From Lama guanicoe (Eukaryota), in contig MU053881.1 of assembly GCA_013239625.1 (NCBI GenBank), positions 5,417,957 to 5,481,956 of the forward strand: a DNA stretch of 64,000 nucleotides, in the 5' to 3' direction. Shown here piece by piece: positions 24,817 through 38,239 of this stretch (positions within the stretch are counted from its first letter, which is position 1; each line of letters starts with the position of its first letter). The notes beneath the pieces were generated by a model. It saw only the letters and a program-made list of their open reading frames with translations. It was not told the DNA's origin and did not search any database. A program made the translations under genes and the position numbers.

Positions 24817-27800
24817 GCTTGATTGATTGGTTGATACCTCACCCTATTTTCCAGAAAAAGGATGGAAGGTTTTTTCATTCTATACCTAAAGATTACAAAG
24901 TGCAAGAGAGCTGGTGTCTTTCCCGAGAAGGCCTCTTGGTGGAGTCTGGGAGACAGACAGCTTCCTAGCCGGGCTATAAGGTGTCAGGTACCTTTGTTCT
25001 GCTTTAGAGGAAAGGATGCAGTAGTGTAGAGCCAAGAGCATTCTCCCCAGGTGTCAGGGAGGAGTCTTAAAGAAAGCACCCTGGGTCTTGAAGAGTGAGC
25101 TGGATGGAGCCTTTCACACAACGAAGGGCGTTCGGAGCCGAGGGGACAGCGCGCGGGCTGGGCGGGCACGCGTGCGTCAGGCCCACTCTGCCCGGCACTG
25201 TGCCTCCTTCGGCCAGCCACAGTGCTGCGCGGGGACCGCAGCTCCCACACTCACCTCCACTCTCTCAGCAGTCAGTTCTCTTCCTCCAAAGCACCCTTTC
25301 CGTTCTCTGGGCAGCACCGCTCTTGTGTCAAGAGCGAGCGTGGGAAAAGAGAAGGTGGGAATTTGGGTGTGCACCAAACAGTGACTGAGTTCTCACGGGC
25401 CTGGGGTTGATCCGCTTAGATCCACAACTGCCGAACTTTGTTCTCCTGCGACCCAAGAACATCCTGCACATCTGCAAACTTTTGCACCACATCTGGAGTC
25501 AATGTGGTCTTCAGAGTGTTCCAGAATGCTAAATTCTTTTATTTATCTAGGACTCCAGGAAATTTGTGGGGGGTTGATAAGGATTGAGGAAGAGGAGGCC
25601 AAGCAGAGATCCCAGAAGAGAAAAAAGATGCCTCCTCTCATGGGCCTCAGTTTCCTTACCTGTGAAATGGGGACGATGGTAGTACTCAACCTTGTAGGAT
25701 TATTATAGGACTTACAATAATATGTATAAAGCACTTCGAACAGCGCCTGGCACGTTGTAAGAGATACACGTTGGTGCAGTTTTTATATGACTACTCCGGT
25801 TAGTTCAAAGACGCAGATGTTTCTGTCCAGCATTAGCAGCAATTCCAAATTCAACAGCTCTGGTCCCTTTATTGCCCCCGTGGAGAGGAACTGGATCTGT
25901 TTGCCTCAAGGTATGGTGTCCAGAATGAACTCCAGCCTTTCCCCAACCAGTCTGTTTACAGCTCTGCTTTCTGGCTTAATAGGTACTGGCCGGAGCCGTG
26001 GCATCCTGCTCAAGCTACAAATAGCCCTTGAGCTGGGGATAATGATACGTTTCTTAGAAAAGAGAAGGAGGAAAATGAGAAGTAGACAGTCTTGGCTGGT
26101 CACAGAGTTTCTGGCTTTGAGTGTGCAGAGACTTTCCTGGAGGGAGCGGGTGGGAGGGAGAGAGGAACAAGACAGCTCTGGTTTGTGAAAACAGAAGTGT
26201 TCCGTCAGGACAGCCCTGATGAGGGGACTGGTCTGGAAAAGAGAAAAGAAGCTTTAATTTGTGGTGACCACTATTGCATCATTCACCTGCAATGATGAGG
26301 GACGGATTTATTTATATTTCAACTGGGTGGAGAAGAACGTCTTTCTTCATTCAGACGAAGAACCTATGCTGGGATTAGCCTTTTTTTTTTTTTTATCTGA
26401 CCTTTGAACACTTCCTTTGTGTTAGAACAAGCCTTCTTGATTAAATTTGAAAGGGATTTGAAAGGTTGACAGCCCAAGATTTCTGTGCCATAAATCTGAG
26501 TTGAAGAAGGCTTATCTCTCTCCAGAATTTCCCTGTCATGGCTGGCTGGCTGGCTGGCTAGCCCCTGCAAGACTTTGGCTAACGTGGTCTCAAATTCTCC
26601 TCATCCTGCAGGGAAAAAATCCTCCCACCAAAATTTAGCAGATCATATGATTATTTAAGGAGCATCTTTTCTTCCTGATTTTTCTGCCCTTTGCTTATTA
26701 AAATATTCTGTTTACTGGCTCTTTCCCCAAGACTGGTAGTATAGTGAATTTCTAGAAAGAAAGACCTACTTTACCATTACTCATCATTTTAAAAATTCAG
26801 GAATAACCATCATGAAGAAAGAAGAAACATTCAAATAGAAAACATCTATAGTAAATGAGGCACTTCACCTTATGAGAGTATTTTATGGCACTTCTTCAAT
26901 GATAAAATCACCCCTCCACTGTCAGATCTCCTCCTTTCTTCTGACCTTTTCCTTCTCTGCTATTCCATGCTGGACCACAAGGATGACATTTCTTACCTAG
27001 GGATGCTTTGATTTCACACTTAAAGCTGCTAGAACTTAGCTGCCTGTATCAACTGCAATTTCTGTGCATTATAGAGCTTGGTTGCAATATCGCCGTCTAC
27101 CAGTAGGTGTTCCCACCTACCACCTAAATGGCCTGAAGCCTAATTTGAGATTCCCAGTAGATCAAATGAATGGCATTTTGATCCGTGGAGTGCTCTGGAT
27201 AAAACAAAGGCAGCCTGTTCTGGAAGAACTGGTGCTGAATAAAGCAACTCCATGCACTGTCTTCTGAACCACTTAGTGGCAGGGAACTATAGTCTAAAAG
27301 CTACTGTCATCAAAGAACAGGAAGGAGATGTAAAGCTCAGACCTGGCCCCTGAATGAGTCTTGGAGGAAGTACCAGCCCTGAGCCCTGTGCCAGCACCTC
27401 ATCTTCTGGTGCCAGCCCAGAGACCTCAACCCTGCTCCCTGCCCTCCTCATTTCCTGGCTTCAAGTCTTGTTCACAGTGAGTCCCACAGTTCCCCGATCC
27501 TGTCACAACTCATAGTTATCCGAAATCGTGGCGGCAGCATGGTTAGGGGAGTTGGTGCAGAAATGAACAGCTCAGTCCATTGATCGGAGTCCTGAAAATT
27601 GCATATGGTACCACTGGGCCATCATCAGTTGTTTAAACCGGGTGGCAACAGTTGTACTTTTTGGACAGAATAACCTGACTTAACTAGACCTTGACTTAAC
27701 CAAAGCCTCTGTCCCTACTTATAGGCAAAAAGGGTCTTTGGTTGCTTAGAAGAGGGACAGGTGCCTGCTGATGGCTCAGCACTGCGTGTTCTCAGGAGGC

Positions 27801-28186
27801 TTGGAGCTGTGTAGGGCAGGGAGGGTTTCTAGATGTCTCCATTCATCCTTTGTTCATTCATTGCACAAATGTCTATTGAGCATCTGTGCTAACTGCTGAG
27901 TGAACAAGATGGGCACAGTTATTCAGTGTGTATTAAGCACCTACTGTGTGCCTGGCCGTGTTCTAGGTCCCCAAGGAGTGCAAAGGTGAACAGCATGTGG
28001 GAAGTATCCTCAGAGTCTGGTAGAAAAGGCAGAAGTGTAAACAAAATAAAATGTTATCAGTGCTGTGAGAGAATGCAGTTGAATGAATCCCTGAGGTAGG
28101 AAGTCATTTAAAGCTGAGTTTTAAAATATTCATTCTTTCATTCAAATATTTATTGAGCCTCTGTAGATGCCGTCCACGTCGTAGAC

Positions 28187-28385
28187 CAGAAGCTGGCAAA
28201 CATTTTCTCGAAAAGGCCAGATAGTAAATATTTTAGACTTTGCGATCCATATACAGTCTATGTTACTAATAATAACTTGTTGTTTCCTCTTCCTCTCATT
28301 CTCCTCCTTATTCTTTATAAATCTTTAAAAATATAAGAAACGTTCTTAGCTTCCCTTGCACTGAAACAGACCATGGGCCTGTGAG
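28187..28385. mobile_element. MER58-like hAT-Charlie element
   Basis: cagaagctggcaaacattttctcgaaaaggccagatagtaaatattttag. Confidence 0.7.
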
Positions 28386-31149
28386 CCTTTAGGCAGTATG
28401 AGTACAACAGTAAATAAGAGATCCAGTCCTTTCATGGGGCATATATTCTAGAGTGGAAAAATAGACAACAAGGAGACATGTTAAATATATAGAATCTATA
28501 AGACTGTGCCTTGCATGCATTATCAAGCAATTGCAAGGAGGCCAGAGCAGAGTAACTAAAAATAATTGTGGCTTAAAATTTTTAATTTTGCTTCTTCTTA
28601 ATTCAGTTTCCACTGATGGTCCAGGAGTAATATGTTTAATGGTAAGAGTGACCCAGACTCCTATCTTGATGTTCTGCCACACATGGCCGGCATTTCCCAA
28701 TGTCACCTTACAGCCCAAGATGGCTGCTGCAGCCCCAGCCATCACTTTCACATTCCAGCCAGCAGTAACAAGTAAAGGGTGAAATAGGGTAAGCCCCTCC
28801 TATAAGGATTCTTACCAAGCAGTTACACAGAATACATCCACTTACATCCTAGTGGCTAAAATCTAGTCACATGGCCTATTCCCAATTGTAAAGGAGTCTG
28901 ACTCCTAGTACCCCAGCCAAAACTCAGGAGTTCTATTTACTACAGAAAGAAGAGAGAATGAGGGATATGTGTCACCTTGGGTAGAGTGGAGAAGTAATTA
29001 TCAGAGACAGATTAGGCAGAGCCTGTAGGCCACTGGGGCTTTTCCTGAGTGAGGTGGAAGCCATTGCAGGGCCTTGACTTTTGAAGAGTGTCATCCACCT
29101 TTTAAAAGGATTCCTCTAACTGCTGTGTCCAGAACATATTGTAAGGGTCAAGGCTGGCAGCAGGAGGCCAGTTAGGAGACTAAGAATAGATGGCTCCCAT
29201 TTGAATGAGGAGGAGAGGAGGAGACATCCCAGGCAGAGAGAACAGCTATGCAAAGGCACCTTCGTGCTTTCCAGTTTTATAAGTGAACCAGGGATGAGGT
29301 GCCCAAAATGTAAGACCAGAAAGGGAAGCAAAGTCCAGGCTGTGCAGAACCTGAGAGCACCGGGGAGCCAGAGCAGGTGCTAAGCAAAGAGTGGCATTTT
29401 TAGAGTAGCAGTTGGAGGGCAGACTAGAGGGGCAGGATGGAGACCAGTCGTGAGGGCCCCGCCTCTGCACCCCTGGCCTAAGGAAGCCTCTTTCAGACCC
29501 TGGTGCAGAGGATGTGGCTTAGTGAGGATGTGGGGAAAGCAAAGTGATGGAGTGCTGGCAGGAAGGTCCTCCCACATCAGACCCGTGGCTCTGTGAGAGG
29601 GAGTCCTGACAGCCGCCACAAGGGGCAGCAGAGAGCCGCCCAGGCACTTCCTGACCCCTCTAACCCGCTGACTGCCTGCCTGGAAGACCCAGGCTGTCCC
29701 TGAACACTGACCCAGGCGGTAGCCTCAGGTTCCAGCCTGACTTGAAGTGGGTGCTTCTCTCCTGTCTGTCCAGTTCTCTGTCTCCAGTTGAGGCACAGGA
29801 AGCACAGTTACCTGGATGCAGCCCACCTGAGGTTAAAACAGAAGGGCAGCTGCATTCCTAGGGTTGCGAGCCCTGGGGCAGGCTCTGTCCCGGGGTAAGA
29901 GCTGTTGATCCTTGTCTCTACCTAGTGTGCTCACTGGGGCACTTGTCCCCACTCGCAGTGACCAGGACAGGTAGCCAAGAGCCTCCAGCAAGCCTGTGTC
30001 TGCATTCCCTCATTCACATGGTGGTACTTCTTGTTAGCACAGTGCCAGGTAGTTTAAGAGACAGTCAAGAGCTCACTTGCTGAAGGGGACAGTGGCCAAC
30101 CTGCTCTCAGGCCACTGAAGGGTCTGACAGCGTGCTTGAGGCTGGGAGGAAGTCAGCCCTGCAGCCTGACCTGGGTGGGAGGTGACAGAGGAGGAGAGGG
30201 GAGGGCTGGTAGTAGTGAAGATCTGAGAGCTGCAAAGAAGTAAGACTTGGGACTGGTGGTGGGGACCCTCGGGGAAGGAGAGCCAGCAGACCTCAGACTG
30301 TCCTTCCTTCCTGTCATCTTCTCTTTCCTCACCCCCTTCCCCCAGGGGGACCTGATTCAAATCTAGCTTTGTCACCAACCAGCTGTGGGATCCAAGGCAG
30401 GTCACCTGATATCTCGGAGCCTCTGTTTGCTTATCTATAAGATCGGGGTGGTAATACCCACCTTCCAGGCCGGTTGTGTTGAGATAGTGTGTGTACAGTG
30501 TGTAGCCTGTGATAGGCATTCGTGCAGGGCTGCTTCCCTCCAGGCCTTTGTCTGAACCTCCATCCCACGTCTTCTGTCTCTTTTTCCCCCCTCTCGACTC
30601 TGTTCTCATGCTTACTCCACTCCGGGTGCAAATGACAAGGTTGCATATCCCCCCGTTACCCTCAGCCTGGGAAAGTGAATGGCCAGAACATGGTCACAGA
30701 GCTAAGAAGCAGTGACCTTTCACCCAGCTACAGTGCCCTGCTCTGATTTTCCACATCAGAAATTCCGGGCGCACAGTTCTAACAAAGGGCTTTTGTGCTG
30801 CTTCTGGATGCCAGAGGCCAGAGTGCAGACCATGCTGGAAAATAATTCACAACCAGCTCTCTGTAGCCTTTGCCAATTTCCATGGTGTAAATACCCCCAC
30901 CATAGCCAATTTCAGTAAGACACCACCCAGCAGAGTGGGGAGGAGATGCACAAAATTAGCTTGGGATTGGTGTATTTGGACACAGAAACGAACGTATCAG
31001 TGGATATTTCAGTGGTTCGCGGAAACAATAGGAGGGAATACTTGGAATCAAGACCTTCAGAAAACCAGGGCCTGGTGGCCACACATCGCGTCTCACAGTC
31101 TGCCTGTACCGCTCTGTCCCCATTTTCCTCGTGACTCCCTGTCTCGGGG

Positions 31150-31720
31150 TCTCTACTTTGTATCACCCCTCTAGGGGGTCTTGCTGACCACTCCGTTTAA
31201 TGTAGCAGCCTTTTTCTCATTCATTTTCTGTCTGGCATCCTGGTGGTTTCCAGCAGTGCATCTACCAAAAACGAATACTCATATTGTCCTGTAGACTTAC
31301 ATGCTTGTGGATGTGTCTTTCTCCCCAACTAGATTGAGGCTGGGGGTCATGTCTGTTTTATTCACTTTAGTGCTCCCAGCATCTGTTAGGGTGTTTGGAA
31401 CATCACTGGTGACTTTGTGAATTAATAGATGAGTGATTTTAGATGGGTGGATAACGATGGATGGATGTTTGGTTAGATGGATGATGGTGGACGAATAATG
31501 GCAGATAAATGGGTGGATGGATGGTTGGATGGAAGAATAGATAAGAATGAATGAACGAACTTTCCCACTTGGCTGTCAGCTTCTTCAAGGCAAGTACCAT
31601 ATCTTGACCAACTCTGAATCCTCAGTGCCTAGCACAGTGCCTGCACTGGACAGGCACTTGGTAAATTTTGGTGGCTGAGTGAGCAAGATTAAATGGATGG
31701 TTGAGTGAATGATTCAGATG
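31150..31720. mobile_element. L2 3'-end fragments with degenerate (TGGA)n/(TGAA)n tails
   Basis: cctcagtgcctagcacagtgcctg...; (tgga)n/(tgaa)n tracts. Confidence 0.6.
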
Positions 31721-31846
31721 GATGAGGTGACCCTTAAGACAAGCCCTATCAGAGCTTCTTTCTCTGTTTGGAATGTCCTGGCCCTCCCTAACCCCCGGCT
31801 CCTGCTCCTTCACACGTGGGGAGTGGCCAGATGTGACACTTGATAG

Positions 31847-32083
<237 letters not shown>

Positions 32084-32399
32084 TAGCCAATCCAGAATGG
32101 TCAGTTTCCGCAGATCTGGTTGACGGCCTGCCTCCTAGAAAGCTGGCCCTATGTGACCACAGTGTTTGAGTCACAGCTCACCAGCATCCTTTTGGGCCAG
32201 GTGTTACCATCTTGTTCTGAGGTTCACATTTAATGAATATTCCTTCTAGTTTCAAAGCACCTGGAGACCCAGAGTCCAGCAGTCCACTGGAACTTTGGCT
32301 ACCGTGGGAGTCTTCATGAAGGTTCTGACAGCTGTGGGCTCTGGTGGGAGGGCACACCGCCTCGGCTCACCTGCCATCACAGGGACCACTGGTCACATA

Positions 32400-32857
32400 C
32401 AGGCAGACCTCAGAGATATTGCAGGTCTGGTTCCAGACCACTGCAATAAAGAGGATCGTACAAATTTTTTTATTTCCCAGCGCAAACAAAGGTTATGTTT
32501 ACATTATATGGTAGTTTATTAAGTGTGCAATAGCCTTATGTCTAAAAGAGCATATGTACTTAATTAAGATACCTTATTGCTAAAAAATGCTAACCCATCA
32601 TCTGAGCCTTCAGTGAGTTACAGTCTTTTTGCAATAGGAACATCAGAGCTCACTCATCACAGGTCATTGTAATAAATATAATAATAATGAAAAAGTATGA
32701 AACATTGCAAGAATTACCAAAACGTGACACAGGGACGGGAAGTGAGCAAATATTGGGGAAATGGCACCGATAGACTTGCTGGACACAGGATTGCCACACA
32801 CCTTCAATTCATAAAAAATGCATTGTCAGCAAAGTGCAGTAAAACGAGATCTGCTGG
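32400..32857 (-). mobile_element. Internally deleted Tigger1 derivative (non-autonomous), TA TSD
   Basis: TA|caggcagacctcagagatattgcaggtctggttccagacc ... aaaacgagatctgctgg|TA. Confidence 0.85.
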
Positions 32858-34432
32858 TACATTAGCTGGAACAGAATGTGGTGCGAGTGAGACACTTAGC
32901 CTGGGTTTTCTTCTGAACTTCACATTTCACAGCCACCCAGGCGGCTTCATCAAGGAGGATGCGTGAAGGATGCCATGAGACAATACATCGAGAGTGCCTA
33001 AGCTGGCACACAGTAAATGCTCAAAAATGTGTGTTTCCTTCCCTTTTGCCTTCTTTAGCTACAACAGGGCATCGGCACCACTGAAGGCAAAGAGCAGGGA
33101 GCAGGGGGTGAGCGGATCCCCTCCAGGAAAAAGTGGCGTAAGCCCATTGGCTTTGTTGTGGCTCAAGTGGGACACTGGCTAATGATGTTAGTGGGCTGAT
33201 CTCTGTGATACCCCAGGGGCTAGTTAAGGTCCAGCACATGGGGTAAGACCATTTTCAACAGCATCTGGATCATGTTCTCATTAGCCATGAGGTCAGCATT
33301 AGCCAACCGAAACTGATTCCTCAGTAGGGCAGTGCTAACCCCTGCTTCGCAGCTGAAGGCACCGAGACTCCAAGGGACTCACTCACTCACCCAGGATCTC
33401 GTGACAGGTTGCTGAGCTGGAATTCCAAATCCATTCCAGCTGGCCCCAAGGCCATGTGATGTTCTAATTCCTGGAAATGAGTATAGGCAGATTGTGGGTG
33501 TGGCTGGTGGGTGCTCTGTGACTACTGAAGAAGGGAGCGCCCACTGCCCCCTGTGCTTCGCCAGCTTGAGTGCTGTCAGGAAGAAAGCATCGGCTGGGTG
33601 AAAAGGAGGAGCCAGGATGCGGTTGGCGGGACAAGCCTGGTGTGTCCAGGGGCACCAGGGGGATCAAGGGCAGATGCTCAAATCTTCAAGTGACCAACAA
33701 GCAGGCAACATTTTTAATTATATTTTAGTTGCCCAAATAATATATGGATGTGTTCTTAAAACATTAATGAAAAAGTTAAAATGTATCTTTCCCCATTATC
33801 TTTATCCCTAGTCACCTTTCCAAACCCAGATAGCCCTTCTGTCGCACACACACATTTAAGTGCACCCAGGGAAGCCAGGGTAACCTGTTTGGAGTTCAGC
33901 TAATTAGCAACCTTAATCCCATCCACAACCTTGTTTCCTCTTTGCCACGTGAGTCATTATTCTGCCTGCCCCAGGCTCCCTGGGAGCCCTTTCTCTAAAG
34001 AGGGAGGGCCTGAGTCTGAGTGAGAGGCCCTCTCAAGCAGTTACACCTGCGGCCGGATTTACCTTGACATGACCAGATGCAGCATCAGGGTCTCAGGTCA
34101 GTTGTCAGGCCAGTGGTTTCAGTACCAGAGGGACCTGGATGCAAACTGCAACTCAGCCATAAGTTGTGTGAACTTGGACAAGTCCTGCCCCTTGGAGCCT
34201 CAGTTTCCCCATCTGTGCAGTGGGGATGATAAAGGTGAAGATAATGGAAGTAAAATGATGAGTGCCTTGCACACTGTAGTGAAGGTAGTTCCGTTCTTTA
34301 CTCTCATCCTTTTCGACCACTTCTCTCCCCACCCCGACCCCGACCCCCACCCCCTCCCCAATTCCAGGCTCGGGACCGGCTTCCTGTTAGCCTGTCACTT
34401 GGTAGCTTTCCCCTGAGCGTCGACTCATGTAG

Positions 34433-34759
<327 letters not shown>

Positions 34760-36245
34760 TAGCCTGTGGACACGAAGCTAGGCCCCAAATTGGGGGCAGG
34801 GCAAGTCTTCCCTTTCTTAGGGGCCTATGGGAGCAAACTCAGGTGAGCCTGGCTAGAGCCAGGCCTATGATACCTTCATGGGACCTCAGGGGGGCCCAGA
34901 CTGATCGCTGTCAACACCTCACTCTTCCTCCCTTGAATTAATTCTGATGGCCAAGGGGCTGGGGCTGCTTCCAGCTCTCTTGCAAGACATCTGAAGCCAT
35001 GAGTGAAGACCTCTGCTTTTCCCCTCTCTCTGTTGGTTTAATGGCCCTGACTAGGCGTCAGGATTAGAGCTGACCCTTTCCACTTACCCACACACGCTTC
35101 TGTTTCCCAGGGAACTTTCCCTACAGGTACCCTAAGGAGTGATTCCTCCCGTGTCAGAAGTCCTAAGGCTCAGCCAACCGCCCCTTTTACCCCAGAAACA
35201 TTCCCAAATCGAGAGTAAGGAGTTCACCTTCGCTACCAAACAGGAGGGTTTTGGAGTCAGACCTGAATTTGACTCTCACCACTGAATCTGAATTTGCACC
35301 ACTTTCTGGCTAAGTGATCTGGGGCCAGCAACTGAACCTTTCTATGCCTCGGCCACCTTCTCTAAAAATGCAAATGACTACGTCATGGGATTTTTTTTTT
35401 TTTTATTAAATGAGATCCCACATGCAAAGCACATGGCAGAGTACCTAAAACAATAAATAACCAGGAACAGTTATCATACAGCTGTGTCCTACCGCGGGTT
35501 GAATGTTTAGGACTTTCCAGTTGACTGGTTTGAGAAAGCACAAGGCCACTGAAGTACGTATGTATCAGGAAAGAGGGTGTGAAGGAGGACTATTTCCATG
35601 CTCAAAAGTTACCAAAAAAAAACAAAAAAACAAAACAAGAGTATGTGGTTTGGCATTTAGTTTTGTGATGGCTGGCACCTGCAGAGTAAAATGCCTTTTG
35701 TTTTGCTCTGTGGTCATGGGGCCACCAAGTACTAGGGGCCGGGGTGAACAAAGAGAAACTACAAGAATCATTTCAGAATAAGGGCAGTGAGTGATGTACT
35801 GCGTGGAAACAAACTATAGCTCCCTTCAACAGTTAATGATGCCCACCATGGGGCATGTCGCTGTAAGGGACTGATTATTATCCCCAGAAAACAGGCTCAG
35901 AAAGGTAGAGACCCTTGCCTGGGGTCACACAGCTAGAAGATGGGAGAAAGACCACATTTTCCTAAGGGTTCATGTATTTTTTCCCCTGCTGGGAGGGCTT
36001 CTCTTAATGCCTCTTTGTAATCATGCTAGGCATAGAATTGTGTCTACCAGATGGCTCTTCACCAAGTTCAAGGTTAATACTCAGGACTCTGGTCCTTTTG
36101 AGACACCTGGGGCTTGGTGTAGACTCCAAAATAATTGCTCCTAAGTGGGAGTGTGTGCTTGGTGCCTCCTTTGCCTCAAGACACCAGAAGTGCTTTCTTC
36201 TCACCTCTGCCTTCTGCCCTTCGCCTCCACATGCTGCCCGTCCAG

Positions 36246-36332
36246 TCTCATGGAGGTACTGGTCTCTGCCCCGGCCCGTGGGCCGCCGCCGGACTCTGGG
36301 GGACTTGTATGCCCCCATCAACTGGCGTCAAG
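36246..36332 (+). CDS. SH3PXD2B: Putative alternative cassette exon between SH3 #1 and #2: (V)SWRYWSLPRPVGRRRTLGDLYAPINWRQ(E)
   Basis: Long pyrimidine tract ending gtccag|TC TCA; donor CAA G|gtgcct; 87 nt, phase 1-1, no stop; downstream TGCATG x2. Confidence 0.7.
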
Positions 36333-38239
36333 GTGCCTGCCTCGGGGTTTTCCTCCATGTTCGGTGCTCAGAGCCGGTCCCTGCATCTGCATGTGCCTCC
36401 CTGCTCTGGGACTGCCCGTGCCTGTTGCATGTAGGAAACAGTGATCTTACCTGTACTGTGTGTATGTTGGCATGTAGGTTTGGGAGGAGGGAGCCTGGGG
36501 TGTTTCTTGGCCTGGGGCCCCGAAGTTTCCCAGGTTAAAAAATCATGCTGAGCCAGTGACCTTTTCCCTTCATCAGGTACCTTTGAATTGCAAGGGAAAA
36601 GAAACCTACGTCAAACCAACTTAAGCAAAAGGGAAGTGTGTTAGTTCATATCGCTGAAAAACCCAGGGTAGGGCTGGCTTCGGGCATGGCTGAGTCTAGG
36701 ACCTTGAAAATGTCATTAGCACCTGGGACTCACCTTCGCCACGTCTCTGCTCTATTCTCTACCTGGCTGGCACCATTCTCTCATGGTGACAGTACTTCCA
36801 GGCACCCTTCAGGGATGCCCACCAAAGTGCTTCTCCTTCCACGCAGTCCCAGATTTGGTTCTCACCAACCCATCTGGGGTCATGTGTCATCCCCGAACTA
36901 ATCACGGTAGCCAGTCACTGTGGCCAGGCCAGGGATATGCACCCTCCCCATCCCTCCAGGTGGTAGTGAGGTCAGCCTCACCCAAACCATATGGATGGAG
37001 GCTGGTAGCACCACCAGCGGAAGGGCAGCTGGATGCTAAGCAGGCAGTATCAGCAGCTCCTGCCACCTTAAGCTTTGTCAGGGATCACAGGGGGACGCAC
37101 AGAGCCCAGAGAGGGCCTCTGGGTGCTAGAAAGTCCCCCAGTGCAATTGCACCAAACGGTGTCAGGCCCCAGGAGTCCAGGCCTAGAGGACTGACCGTAC
37201 TTAGTCTGAGACCCAGGCCATGCCCCTTCTCACCTGGCCAAACAGAACTCCTGTGCATCCACGGGGTTGAATTACCCCCTGCAGCCCTCCCAGCACCCGC
37301 ACCCCAGCCTGCATCCGTGAGTGAGAACGGCTGAGTCTGCTGTACAGGGAATGTGTAACTTGAGTCAGCTCAGCCCCCACGGAGCAGGTCAGGGGGCTAG
37401 AGCAATAAATAAATAAACGGCCTGTGTGTTTTCCGGCTCCCTATGCACCAGCTGGGCAGGCCACAGCCAGCCTGCGGTGTTTTCCCAGAGAGAGAGCGAG
37501 AGTCAGCCCCAACATAGCATCAGCCCGCAGCTGGCTTGGTCACTCCCTGGGGGCTGCAATGTAACCAAAACAGGAAAGCCTTCTCCTCTCCTCGCTGGCT
37601 CCCCTGGGACGCTCATCTGTTAATCTGTCTCAGCGTCTGCTGACAGCGCTGGGGATGGAGCTATTCTCTTGCTCTCTGTAGGGCCCTGCGTGAGTGTGAC
37701 AGTGGGCCACCCTCCCAGCAGATCCCGGCCCTCCAGCTCAGGGGGCACAGCTGGAGGCAGCTCTCTGGGGTGAGGATGGGACCATAAAGATCGTCCCAAG
37801 GCTTTGGGGAAGGGAAGGGAGCAGGGAACCAGAGAGAGCGGGATGGAAGGCACCCTGATCACCCTAATGAAGACAGAAGCAGGCAAGCATTTCGTGACAT
37901 GCAGCTCAAATCATTATGTCGTCCACCTAAAACCAGTATAGTGTTATATGTCAGTTTTATCTCAATTAAATATTAATTTTTAAAAATAAAATTGAAGCTT
38001 TAGGCATGTCTGGATCCAAGGGCTTGAAAGTAATGAAAAATGAAATCAGCTACCAGCTGGGTAATGAAAATTGCTAGCCATCTCCTCCTTGGTAGTGATT
38101 CAGCCCCAAACCACGTGCGGCCAAATCCAGGTCGTCCCTGACCCCCCGGCCACTGAGAACTGCAGAGGAGCTTCGGAGGGTTTTACACCTCCTGCTCCTC
38201 TGGCATGAGCAAGGTGGCTCCTCCCAGGGCTCCGGGACT

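Noticed and set aside
24666..24968. ORFs with WMDG / HPSI repeats
   Set aside because: Translation of the (TGGA)n microsatellite
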